Shown here in pieces: positions 10,103-19,333 of a stretch of 64,000 nucleotides of DNA. The stretch lies in NCBI GenBank assembly GCA_963716725.1, contig CAVQUB010000002.1, positions 384,001 to 448,000 of the forward strand, read 5' to 3'. A program made the position numbers and the translations under genes. This stretch comes from an uncultured delta proteobacterium. GTDB taxonomy: Bacteria; Myxococcota_A; Polyangia; Polyangiales; Polyangiaceae. The notes beneath the pieces are model-generated. The model worked only from the letters and a program-made list of their open reading frames with translations. It was not told where the DNA came from and searched no databases. Positions within the stretch are counted from its first letter, which is position 1, and each line of letters begins with the position of its first letter.

Positions 10103-10905
10103 GGGTGTCCGTGGTTGAGCGGGCCGTGCCCGGTCCCGAGCCCGGGCGCAGTCCGAATCGCCTCGAGCACGTAGTCCCGTGCTCGAACGACCGCGTCCTC
10201 GAGCCGAAGCCCTTCAGCCACCCCGGCAGCGATGGCCGACGCCAAGGTGCAGCCCGTGCCGTGGGTGCTCCGGGACAGGATCCGCGGGCTCTCGAAGCGC
10301 CGCTCGAGTCCGTCCCCAGTGCGCAAGAGATCGACGACCGTGTCGCCAGGCAAATGCCCGCCCTTGATCAGCACGGCACTGGCTCCCAGCGCGAGCAACA
10401 CGTCGGCAGCGCGCCCCATGTCGTCGGGATTTGCGATGGTCACACCCGTCAGCGCCTCGGCTTCGGGCAAGTTCGGCGTGACGAGTGCGGCCCGGGGCAC
10501 GAGTCGGAGCTCGAGCGCGCTCTTGGCCTCGGGCGCAAGCAAGGCGGCGCCGCCCTTGGCGACCATCACGGGATCGACGACGACCGGAATGCCTCGGGCG
10601 TGGCGCTCGAGCGTGCGCACCACGAACTCGATGGCCGCTGCGCTGCCGAGCATGCCGGTCTTCACACAGTCCGCGCCGATGTCGGTGAGCACCACCTCCA
10701 TCTGCTTGGCGATGAAGGCCGGATCCACGGGAACGACGCCGAACACGCCCTTGGTGTTCTGGGCGGTGAGCGCCGTGATGGCCGTGGCTGCGTAGCCGCC
10801 GAGCGCGGTCACGGTCTTGACGTCGGCTTGGATGCCCGCACCACCGCCGGAGTCCGAACCGGCGACGATCAGCACCCGGCCCATGGCTGGACGTTCTTCG
10901 GGCAT
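10090..10905 (-). CDS. thiD: hydroxymethylpyrimidine/phosphomethylpyrimidine kinase
   Basis: AGSDSGGGAGIQAD, ALTAQNT, VKTGML, DPVM, TPNLPEA, KGGH and THGTGCTLASA motifs. Confidence 0.97.
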   Translation of the reverse strand: MPEERPAMGRVLIVAGSDSGGGAGIQADVKTVTALGGYAATAITALTAQNTKGVFGVVPVDPAFIAKQMEVVLTDIGADCVKTGMLGSAAAIEFVVRTLERHARGIPVVVDPVMVAKGGAALLAPEAKSALELRLVPRAALVTPNLPEAEALTGVTIANPDDMGRAADVLLALGASAVLIKGGHLPGDTVVDLLRTGDGLERRFESPRILSRSTHGTGCTLASAIAAGVAEGLRLEDAVVRARDYVLEAIRTAPGLGTGHGPLNHGHPCQK

Positions 10906-11010
10906 GGCTTTCAGACCTTGACTACGCCTGGGTTGCCGTCGTCACCGCAGGCAGGGATCGTGACCAGACACAAAGTCGAGTTCGGCCAGCGCATCCGTGG
11001 CTCCATAGCA

Positions 11011-12636
11011 TCACTGTTGCGCGAGCAGGTGTCTGAGCAGGCCATTGGCATCGAGATCGGATCCCGTCGTACGCACGAGCTTCTCCGTGAGCGTCCAGCG
11101 TGCACCATCCGAGAGGAACCGTTCTCGAAGATACGCGCCCGCCTCCGGTGAAATCCAGCCTTCGCCGAAGCGTGCCTTCAAAGCGTCGCGGACCTGCACC
11201 GCGACGCAGGCCGCGAGCTGGTAGCTCTGGGTGTAGACCGGGTAGGTAGCCAAGAAGGGCGACGTGGCCCAGACCGGCTCGGCGTCGCGCGGCACGAACA
11301 GGCCCGACACGCGGCGCTCGACGTCGAGGGAGAGAGCATCCAGGTTGGCGCCGTCCTGCTCCAAGGCCGCGCGCTCGAAGGCCGACGCAACCAGGCCGCG
11401 CCGGATCGAGAGCAGGGTCTCGAGTCGGCGCGCGCGCCGCACCGTCTCGATCTCCTGGGGCTCGAGGCCGAGGTGATCCCGGAGCACGCTCGCTTCGTCC
11501 AGGAGTCGACCGAAGAACTCCGCCGACCCCTCGGCGAAGGCCGGGTCGAGCAGCCCCGGGACCCACTCGTAGCCTTTGAAGAGCGGCTCGGAGACCTCGG
11601 TGCTGCGCACTGCAACCGCGTGACCGAGCTCGTGGAGCAACAGCCCGTAGTAGCGAATTCCGGGCAGCGCGCGCACCACGAGGCGTACGTCGTTGGGCAC
11701 GGTGATCGCGATGGTCTGACCGCCGAAGGCGAAGTCACGCACCCTGAGATCGAGGTTCCAGCCCGCGACGTCGAAGCCGAACGCGCGGTAGATGCCCAAG
11801 GCGACCGGGTGCGCACGGTCGGCGGGGAATCGCTGGTGGGGGACCGACGCCTGCCGGTGCAGCACGTGGTCGACGTCCCAGCTGGCGACCCGAACTCGCC
11901 TGACCATTCGACCACCCGGACCGAGCGCCTCGAAGAGCGGGCGGCGTGTGCGTGCATCCAAGTCGGCGAGCACCCGGTGGGTCGTCGCTGGATTGGCGCC
12001 ACGCACCTCGAGCATCGCCGCGTGAAACGACGGCTGACCGAGCTCCTTGGCCAGCTCGCGTCGGCGACGCAAGAGTTCCGTCGCCACGGGCGCGGCCAGG
12101 CGGTGCAGTTCGTGCTCGACGCTTCGCGTGCGCCGCCTCACCCGCGGATCGTCCGAGCGGCGCATCTCGCCGAGTTCACCCCGGCTGACGGCACGCCCAT
12201 CGATCTCGAAGCGGTGCTCGTTGATCACCGCCTCGAGCTGATCCGAGAGTCTTGCGGCGCGCGCATCCCCGAGCAGACGCAAGCCGAGCGCTCCACGCCT
12301 CCAGAGCGCAGCAAGGCGCGGTGACACGACGCGGTCCCCGAAGCGCGTCAGGATCTGGTCGGCCTCGGTGAACACCTCGCGCTCTGCCGCACGCAGTCGC
12401 TCCATCGCCAGCGCGGCGGCCGGGCCCTCGCTCAGCCGACCGGCGTAGCGCGACCATTCGTGCATGCCGTGCTCGGCCATCAAGCCTTCGTAGCGGAGCG
12501 ACAGCGCCGAGAGCCGCTGTCGGGCCTCGCTGCGGTTGCGCGCGGGCCCGCCGGGTCGTGGAGCAACCCCAACCCGAGGCGCGCACCCCCCGGCCAGCGA
12601 CGCGAGCATCGCGGCGAGCACTTCTCGGCGAAGCAT
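11011..12636 (-). CDS. secreted gluzincin metallopeptidase (M2/M3/M32-like), probable Tat lipoprotein
   Basis: MLRREVL..LAGGC signal; LLHELGHA zinc motif; downstream FAEG third ligand; PVYTQSY. Confidence 0.75.
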   Translation of the reverse strand: MLRREVLAAMLASLAGGCAPRVGVAPRPGGPARNRSEARQRLSALSLRYEGLMAEHGMHEWSRYAGRLSEGPAAALAMERLRAAEREVFTEADQILTRFGDRVVSPRLAALWRRGALGLRLLGDARAARLSDQLEAVINEHRFEIDGRAVSRGELGEMRRSDDPRVRRRTRSVEHELHRLAAPVATELLRRRRELAKELGQPSFHAAMLEVRGANPATTHRVLADLDARTRRPLFEALGPGGRMVRRVRVASWDVDHVLHRQASVPHQRFPADRAHPVALGIYRAFGFDVAGWNLDLRVRDFAFGGQTIAITVPNDVRLVVRALPGIRYYGLLLHELGHAVAVRSTEVSEPLFKGYEWVPGLLDPAFAEGSAEFFGRLLDEASVLRDHLGLEPQEIETVRRARRLETLLSIRRGLVASAFERAALEQDGANLDALSLDVERRVSGLFVPRDAEPVWATSPFLATYPVYTQSYQLAACVAVQVRDALKARFGEGWISPEAGAYLRERFLSDGARWTLTEKLVRTTGSDLDANGLLRHLLAQQ

Positions 12637-12648
12637 CTGGTCCGCAGC

Positions 12649-13293
12649 TCAGGCGCCGAAGTGACGTGCCGCCACGCCTTCGGGCACCAACACCGCGGCC
12701 AAGCTCTCACGGTAGGACCGAAGTGCCAGGTTTCGAGCCTCGACGGACACATGGGGACCGAAAGGACACGGCGCCGGAGTCTCGTCGTCGAAACAGCCCA
12801 GGGAGGCGGGCAGCCAACGATCGACCGCAGCAGAGAGCCGATGCACGAAGTCCGGTTCGCGCTTACCGAGGTCGCGTAGCGCGGCTTGGCTCGCGGCGAT
12901 GTGCTCTTGCTCGTCCGCGATCACGCGCACGGCAACGGTCGCGACCCGCGCGTCCGGCGCAGCTGCGTAGGCCCGCAGTTGAAAGTACACGGCGCGGTCG
13001 AAGAGGATGCCGACCGTGACCATTTCGAGCCAGCTCCCCGGGCTGGGGAGCGCGGCCACGGCCGGACTGACGCGGTTCAAGAGCTCGCCGCCTCCGTGCA
13101 AGTCGAACTCGGTCGAGACGAGCTCGAAATGATCCAGCTCGTCGAGACAGTGGCGCGCGAGCATCTGCTTTTCGTCGAGGGTAGGCGCCAGCGCGACACC
13201 GCTCGAGAACAGCTGCGCGGCCGCGAGCTCGCGAAAACCCTGCCGCTCCAGGAGGGCGTTCAGACACCCGCAGGTCGGCTCGGCAGGGTTCAT
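12649..13293 (-). CDS. ferritin-like di-iron protein, PaaA/PaaC-like
   Basis: RE...APTLDEK...DELDH...SWLE...FDRA...DEQEH...RWLP pattern. Confidence 0.7.
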   Translation of the reverse strand: MNPAEPTCGCLNALLERQGFRELAAAQLFSSGVALAPTLDEKQMLARHCLDELDHFELVSTEFDLHGGGELLNRVSPAVAALPSPGSWLEMVTVGILFDRAVYFQLRAYAAAPDARVATVAVRVIADEQEHIAASQAALRDLGKREPDFVHRLSAAVDRWLPASLGCFDDETPAPCPFGPHVSVEARNLALRSYRESLAAVLVPEGVAARHFGA

Positions 13294-13294
13294 G

Positions 13295-13918
13295 TCACGG
13301 TCGAGCTTCTCGGTTCAGGGCGTAGGTCCCGGTCCAACTGGCCGAGTCGAGCACGTGACCCTTGATCGCGTTCAGCGCGTCCGTCCCACCAAAGCTCTCC
13401 GGAAGATCGAGGGCCGCCACATCGAGCGCGTAGATCGTGAAGGTGTAGCGGTGCAGCCGCTCGTCGTTGGCGGGTGGCCAGGGCCCATCCCAGCCGCCGT
13501 ACTCGCCGCTCATCGCCGGATCGTCGGCAAACCAGTCGCTGAAGCTGTTCTTGCCGCGGCGGCCGTGCTTGGTCGGCCCGAGGGGTTTGCCCTTGGGGAC
13601 GAAGGCCTCGGAGTCCGCGCCTTCTTCCAGCGAGTGAACGCTGACGGGCACGTCGACCAGGACCCAGTGGTAAAAATCCACCCGGGGCAGATCGTAGGGC
13701 ACGGTCCGATCCGGCTTGTTCACGTCGTCGGCCGTCGAGGGCACGTCGCGATCGTGGCAAATCAGGGCGAAGGACTTGGTCCCGGAGGGGAAGTCGCTCC
13801 ACGCCAGGTGGGGGCTCTGGTTCGGCCCGGGCACCGGCCCAGCCTCCCCACGGATCCCCGCTGCGAACTCTTCCGGGATGCGACCATTCGCTGCAAACGA
13901 CCGACTGCCGAGCCTCAT
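13295..13918 (-). CDS. YbhB/YbcL family PEBP-like protein
   Basis: NQSPHLAWS, SFALICHDRD, FYHWVLVD and GPWPP..H.Y.FTIYALD motifs. Confidence 0.92.
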   Translation of the reverse strand: MRLGSRSFAANGRIPEEFAAGIRGEAGPVPGPNQSPHLAWSDFPSGTKSFALICHDRDVPSTADDVNKPDRTVPYDLPRVDFYHWVLVDVPVSVHSLEEGADSEAFVPKGKPLGPTKHGRRGKNSFSDWFADDPAMSGEYGGWDGPWPPANDERLHRYTFTIYALDVAALDLPESFGGTDALNAIKGHVLDSASWTGTYALNREARP

Positions 13919-14023
13919 GAAATCCTCGCGCTAAAAGACCTGGGAAAGGTGCGACCGCCCAGCGGCCGACGGGCGACGATGGCGCGGACCGGCCCCGGCT
14001 GCAACGGTATACTGGGGTGAACG

Positions 14024-15097
14024 ATGTCACTGCCACCTCTCAGGGCCACTTGGCCGTTGCTCGCCGTCCTTTCACTGGCGGCCAGCTGTTCCGAAGAAGA
14101 CGGGGGCGGGTCGGGAACCACCCTGACCACGCCGGACGGGGGTCCGATCGACGCAGCTCACGACGCCCACCACGACTCCCCTGCCGATGGCGCCGCCGAT
14201 GCGCTCGACGCCACGCCCTTTGACGGACCGACCCAGCTGTCCGAGACGGGGCTCTATTCCGACATCCTGACCCGCACGCTCGCCCCCGGGGTCACCGCCT
14301 ACGACGTTCGATTCCCGCTCTGGTCCGACGGCGCCGCCAAGCAGCGCTACCTGGCGCTGCCAGCCGGCACCACCATCGACACGACCTTGATGGACGTCTG
14401 GCAATTCCCCGTCGGCACCAAGGCGTGGAAGCAGTTCAAGAAGAGCGGCAAGCTCATCGAGACGCGCCTGCTCTGGAAGCGAACCGATGGCTGGCTGATG
14501 AGCTCGTACCTGTGGAACGACGCGGGCACGGACGCCGTGGCGGTGCCCCAAGGACAGCCCGATGCGCTCGGCACCAATCACGACGTGCCCAGCGCGGAGC
14601 AATGCCAGACTTGCCACAACAACGTCGGCGACGTTCTGATCGGAGTCGCAGCGATCCAGCTCAGCAAGGAAAGTGGCGGCGGCTTCCTCTCGGAGTTGAT
14701 GAATGCCGGCTCTCTCTCTCCGCCCCTGACCAGCGAATTCCCGGTGCCGGGCGACGGCACTATCGAGGAGACCCTCGGCTACTTTCACGGCAACTGCGGG
14801 CACTGTCACAACGACGAGAGCTTCGTGGGAAAGCTGCGCCCGCTGCGCTTGAAGCTGACCGTCAGCGCACAGACTCCCGAGGCGACTCCTGTCTACCTGA
14901 CGGCCTTCGGCGCCGACGCGCTCCACCCGATCTTGAACACCACCAAGGTCATCGTCCCCGGCAAGCCGAACCAAAGCCAGCTCTACCAGCGCATGAACGT
15001 GCGGGACCTGAACGCGATGCCGCCGCTCGGCACAGAAGAGGTGGATTCACAGGCAATGACCACGATTTGGAAGTGGATCTCCGAACTTCCGCCCTGA
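14024..15097 (+). CDS. di-heme c-type cytochrome lipoprotein
   Basis: Lipobox LAASC; two CxxCH motifs (CQTCH, CGHCH); LSETGLY, PLWSDGA.K.R and MPPLG. Confidence 0.82.
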   Translation: MSLPPLRATWPLLAVLSLAASCSEEDGGGSGTTLTTPDGGPIDAAHDAHHDSPADGAADALDATPFDGPTQLSETGLYSDILTRTLAPGVTAYDVRFPLWSDGAAKQRYLALPAGTTIDTTLMDVWQFPVGTKAWKQFKKSGKLIETRLLWKRTDGWLMSSYLWNDAGTDAVAVPQGQPDALGTNHDVPSAEQCQTCHNNVGDVLIGVAAIQLSKESGGGFLSELMNAGSLSPPLTSEFPVPGDGTIEETLGYFHGNCGHCHNDESFVGKLRPLRLKLTVSAQTPEATPVYLTAFGADALHPILNTTKVIVPGKPNQSQLYQRMNVRDLNAMPPLGTEEVDSQAMTTIWKWISELPP

Positions 15098-15427
15098 CGC
15101 CCGCGGGGCGCTGCGCAGGGTGCGTTCGAGCCCGCACCGCTCGGCGGCCGGGTGAGCGCGACTGTTAGGGCTCGATCGGGGCTCGTGGGCTTCGAACTGC
15201 CCGACTCGCGCGCCGTGGCAGTGGGCGTCGATCAAGCCCGGTAGCAGCGTCACCCCGCGCAAGTCCTGCGCGCCCGGCGGCAGTGGCTGCGCGCCCGGCC
15301 GCGGCCGAAGGGAGACGATGACGCCGCGGTCGATGTGGATCTCGTGCTCCCCCCGAACGAAGCGCTGTCCGTCGAAGAGGTGATCCGCGACGAGGAGGCT
15401 GGTTCGCTGCACGGGCACCGGCATCAC
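15098..15427 (-). pseudogene. truncated amidohydrolase N-terminal remnant
   Basis: LFDG..IHIDRGVI..DLRGVTLLPGLIDAHCH is the N-terminal amidohydrolase signature; the ORF then runs into the 3' end of the convergent cytochrome gene with no TIM barrel. Confidence 0.65.
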
Positions 15428-15498
15428 CCGCCCGCGCGTGGCCGCTTCCCGCAGCGCCGGAGGCCCGCGCGCGCCCGGTTCTTGCTAAGCGCCGGAGC

Positions 15499-16281
15499 AT
15501 GAGCCACTTCGGGATGCCCGTCAGCCAGTACATGACGACCTCAATCGAGTCCGTACACCCCACCGACGACCTGGAAAGCGTGCAGCGCGCGCTCTCGAGC
15601 CAAGCCTTCTCGGCAGTCGCGGTAGTCGACGAGCGGGAGCGACTGGTGGGAGTGGTGTCGCGCACCGATCTGTTGCGCGTAGGCCGACGCCAAGCCAGCA
15701 CTCGCAGCGGCGCCAGCGTGCTGGTCTTGCCACGCAAGCCCGTGCACGAGGTGATGGAACCCGACGTGCTCACGGTGAGCGCCGAGACCAGCGTCGCGGA
15801 GGCTGCCAAGCTCATGCTGCGTCACCGCGTGCATCGAGTCTTCGTCGAAATCGACGGCCATCTCGCGGGGGTGGTGTCCACGAAAGATCTGATGACCGCC
15901 GTGATCGAGACGCGGTTGACGGAGACCATCGGCAAGTTCATGTCCCATCCGGTTTTCAGCGTGAGCTTCGACGATTCCCTGGCGGTGGCCATCGAGCGCT
16001 TGGACAAAGCCCACGTCTCGGGTCTGGTGGTGATGGAAGACGACTGGCCCATCGGTGTCTTCACCCAAATCGAAGCCCTCGAGGCCAAGGACTTGCCCCG
16101 GGACACCCAGGTCGAGCAGGCGCTCTCACCGGCAATGCTCTGCCTCGACGTCGACACCTCCCTCTATCGCGCGGCCCAACAGGCTGCGGCGATGGACGCT
16201 CGCCGCATCATCGCCGTGAAAAACCGCCGACTGGAAGGCATCCTGACGGGCCTGGATTTCGCCCGAGCGGCGTCCACCTGA
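15499..16281 (+). CDS. protein with four CBS domains
   Basis: Repeated V..M....V......A...M......V.......G+++..D pattern. Confidence 0.9.
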   Translation: MSHFGMPVSQYMTTSIESVHPTDDLESVQRALSSQAFSAVAVVDERERLVGVVSRTDLLRVGRRQASTRSGASVLVLPRKPVHEVMEPDVLTVSAETSVAEAAKLMLRHRVHRVFVEIDGHLAGVVSTKDLMTAVIETRLTETIGKFMSHPVFSVSFDDSLAVAIERLDKAHVSGLVVMEDDWPIGVFTQIEALEAKDLPRDTQVEQALSPAMLCLDVDTSLYRAAQQAAAMDARRIIAVKNRRLEGILTGLDFARAAST

Positions 16282-16283
16282 GT

Positions 16284-17714
16284 TCAGGGCGTACGCACCA
16301 CGAGCAAGCGCAGCTCGGTCATGTCTTCGATGGCGTAGCGCACGCCCTCGCGACCGAGCCCGCTGTCCTTCACGCCGCCATAGGGCATGTTGTCGACGCG
16401 GAAGCTCGGCACGTCCCCGACCACCACCCCGCCCACCTCCAGCGCGTCCCAGGCCGCCTGTGCCTTGTACAGATCGCGGGTGAACACGCCCGCCTGAAGC
16501 CCAAAGCGGCTGTCGTTCACCTGGGCCAGCGCGTCGGAGAAATCAGCATACCGACTGAGCACCGCGACGGGGCCGAAGGCCTCATCGCAGACCAGCGGCT
16601 CCTTCCTGGGCACGTCTTCGAGCAGCGCCGGCGTGAGCAGCGCGCCGTCACGCCTCCCGCCACAGAGGAGCCGGCCGCCAGCTCGCACCGCGGATGCGAT
16701 CCAGCGTTCCACGCGCTCGGCCTCCGCCACGCTGATCAGCGGTCCGACGAAAGTAGCCTCGTCCAGCGGATCGCCGCACACGAGCTCCCTGGTGCGAGCG
16801 ATCAGACGCTCGCGGAGCGCGTCGTAGATCGACTCGTGGGCCAAAATGCGCTGCACGCTGATGCAGCTCTGCCCCGACTGGTAGAACGCGCCGATTGCGA
16901 TGCGCGCCACCGCGTCGTCGAGATCCCAGTCGGGCTCGACGATCACAGCGGCGTTTCCCCCGAGCTCCAGCACGACCTTCTTCTTGCCGGCGACGCGCTT
17001 CAGCTCCCAGCCCACCTCCGGTGAGCCCGTGAACGAGAGCAGCTTCAGCCTTTCGTCGGTGGTGAAGGCCCCCGCCCCAGCCCGCGAGCAGGGCAAGATC
17101 GAAAATGTGCCCGGCGGCAGGTCGGTCTCCGCCAGCACCTCGCCGATCAGCAGCGCGCCGATGGGCGTCAGGCTGGCAGGCTTGAGCACGAAGGGGCAGC
17201 CAGCGGCCAGGGCCGCCGCGACTTTGTGAGCCGCGAGGTTCAGCGGGAAGTTGAAGGGAGAAATGAACGAACACGGACCGATGGGCACACGCCGGGTCAT
17301 GCCGCGGTAACCCCGGGCACGCGCGCTGATGTCCAGCGTCATCACCTCTCCCCCGATGCGGACGCTCTCTTCGGCGGCGACGCGGAAGGTGTCGATGAGG
17401 CGGGTCACTTCGCCGCGGGCATCGCGGATGGGCTTTCCCGCTTCGATGCACAGCACATGGGCCAGCTCCTCGAAACGCTCGCGAAATCGGCCCACCGCGT
17501 AGGAGAGCACCTCTTGCCTGCGATATGCGGGCCACGCCGCAAAGAGCGGCGCCGCTGCGACGCTCAGCGCGATCCCACGCTCGATGGCGTCGTCGTCCGC
17601 GAGCGCGACGTGGGCGGCGACCTGCCCGGTGTATTTGTTGGTGACGGCCAGGCCGCGGTTCGGCGCTTCGGCGCGCCCACCGACGTAGAACGGATAGGCC
17701 TCGCGGAGCGACAT
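16284..17714 (-). CDS. aldehyde dehydrogenase family protein
   Basis: SPFNFPLNL, FTGS, LELGGN, GQSCIS, EAFGPV and PYGGVKDSGLGREG motifs. Confidence 0.95.
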   Translation of the reverse strand: MSLREAYPFYVGGRAEAPNRGLAVTNKYTGQVAAHVALADDDAIERGIALSVAAAPLFAAWPAYRRQEVLSYAVGRFRERFEELAHVLCIEAGKPIRDARGEVTRLIDTFRVAAEESVRIGGEVMTLDISARARGYRGMTRRVPIGPCSFISPFNFPLNLAAHKVAAALAAGCPFVLKPASLTPIGALLIGEVLAETDLPPGTFSILPCSRAGAGAFTTDERLKLLSFTGSPEVGWELKRVAGKKKVVLELGGNAAVIVEPDWDLDDAVARIAIGAFYQSGQSCISVQRILAHESIYDALRERLIARTRELVCGDPLDEATFVGPLISVAEAERVERWIASAVRAGGRLLCGGRRDGALLTPALLEDVPRKEPLVCDEAFGPVAVLSRYADFSDALAQVNDSRFGLQAGVFTRDLYKAQAAWDALEVGGVVVGDVPSFRVDNMPYGGVKDSGLGREGVRYAIEDMTELRLLVVRTP

Positions 17715-17918
17715 CGCTTTCGGAGCTACCCCGATGCCGATCGCGGGGCAACGGCCCAGGCCTCGACGTTCAGGCGCACACCGAACGCGCCGGGGCGGCT
17801 CCGCCCGGTCCCGTGGCGCTGGCGGCCGCGCAGCAAGGTCCCACGACGCATCACCGACGCGAATAGCACGACGACCCACGGCCCGGCCCCCCCTGCCTTG
17901 GGTCCCCCTTCCGGCCCC

Positions 17919-19226
17919 TCACGCTTCGGATTCGACCAGCGGTCGACCTTCGTCGGACGCATCGGTGTCAGGCTCGATGAACGCCCTGGCGCCCGCTCCT
18001 TCGGCGAGGGAGTACGCCTCTTCACCGTGGAGCGTGATGTCGAGCCCCTCGAGCTCTTCGTATTTGTGCGCCCGCAGCCCCATCACCTTGTCGAGCACCT
18101 TGAGCAGCGCGAAGGTGCCGACGCCAGCGAAGGCGGCCGCGGCCCCGACGCCGATCAGCTGCTCGACGAACACCCCGGTGCCTCCACGGATCAGGCCATC
18201 CTGCCCCGCCGGATTCCAGACCTTCGACGCCAATACGCCGGTGAGCAACGCGCCGAGCAGGCCGCCGACCCCGTGCACGCCGAAGACGTCGAGGCTGTCG
18301 TCGTAGCCGACCTTGTGCTTCAGCAGCACGCCGCCATAACACGCCACACCTGCGAGCAGGCCGATGAGCATGGCGCTCATGGGCCCGACGAACCCGGCGG
18401 CAGGTGTGATGGCCACCAGCCCGGCCACCAGCCCCGAGGCAACTCCCAGCGACGACGGCTTGCCGTGACGGAGCCACTCGGCACCGGCCCACGCCATGGC
18501 CCCGACTCCCGCGGCCACGTGGGTGTTGACCAGGGCGAGGGCCGCCAACCCGTTGGCCGCCAGTGCCGAACCCGCGTTGAAGCCGAACCAACCGACCCAC
18601 AGGAGCCCAGCGCCCAAGAGCGTCATCGTCAGATTGTGCGGCGGCGCCTTGCGCTTGGGGTACCCGACGCGCTTGCCGAGCACCACGGCAAAGACCAGCG
18701 CCGCCACTCCGGAAGACAAGTGCACGACCGTGCCGCCAGCAAAGTCGAGGGCGCCGCGGCTGAGCAACCACCCGCCGGGCCCCCACACCCAGTGGCAGAG
18801 CGGCGCGTAGATCAGCACCGACCAGAAGAAGGTGAACGCGACATAGGTCGAGAACTTGAGCCGCTCGGCATAGGCGCCGGAAATCAGCGCCGGAGTGATG
18901 ATGGCAAACATCATCTGATACGCGCAGAACAAGAGGTGCGGGATGGTGGTTCCGGGGCGGGCCTCGAGGCCGACACCTGCCAGAAACAGGTGCTGAAACC
19001 CGCCGACGACTCCGCCGTGCGTATCGCCAAACGCCAGTGAGTAACCAATGGTCACCCAGGCGACCGTGACGATGCCCATGGCGAAGAAGCTGTGCATGAA
19101 CGTCGACATCACGTTCTTCGCGCGCACCATTCCGCCGTAAAAGAGCGCCAGGCCCGGTGTCATCAGCAGGACCAGCGCGGTCGATACCAGGACCCAGGCT
19201 GTGTCGCTCCCGTTGATCTCGTTCAT
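17919..19226 (-). CDS. amtB: ammonium transporter
   Basis: DTAWVL, PGLALFYGG, DFAGGTVVH, GWFGFNAGS and DDSLDVFGVHG motifs. Confidence 0.97.
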   Translation of the reverse strand: MNEINGSDTAWVLVSTALVLLMTPGLALFYGGMVRAKNVMSTFMHSFFAMGIVTVAWVTIGYSLAFGDTHGGVVGGFQHLFLAGVGLEARPGTTIPHLLFCAYQMMFAIITPALISGAYAERLKFSTYVAFTFFWSVLIYAPLCHWVWGPGGWLLSRGALDFAGGTVVHLSSGVAALVFAVVLGKRVGYPKRKAPPHNLTMTLLGAGLLWVGWFGFNAGSALAANGLAALALVNTHVAAGVGAMAWAGAEWLRHGKPSSLGVASGLVAGLVAITPAAGFVGPMSAMLIGLLAGVACYGGVLLKHKVGYDDSLDVFGVHGVGGLLGALLTGVLASKVWNPAGQDGLIRGGTGVFVEQLIGVGAAAAFAGVGTFALLKVLDKVMGLRAHKYEELEGLDITLHGEEAYSLAEGAGARAFIEPDTDASDEGRPLVESEA

Positions 19227-19247
19227 GCACAGAAGCCTGACCGGCGC

Positions 19248-19287
19248 GTGTTTCGCAGGTGTTTCCTGTGCGTGTTGGCAACACGCA
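19248..19287. promoter_or_regulatory. candidate operator region upstream of amtB
   Basis: Direct repeat GTGTTTC at 19248 and 19259 (11-bp period); perfect palindrome TGCGTGTTG-G-CAACACGCA at 19269-19287. Confidence 0.5.
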
Positions 19288-19333
19288 GACCGCGAAAAAC
19301 CCCAACCTGCGACCCGCACCCACCCCCAGGCGG

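Noticed and set aside
10906..11010. TPP riboswitch upstream of thiD
   Set aside because: The conserved CTGAGA and ACCTGA..GCGTAGGGA elements are not present
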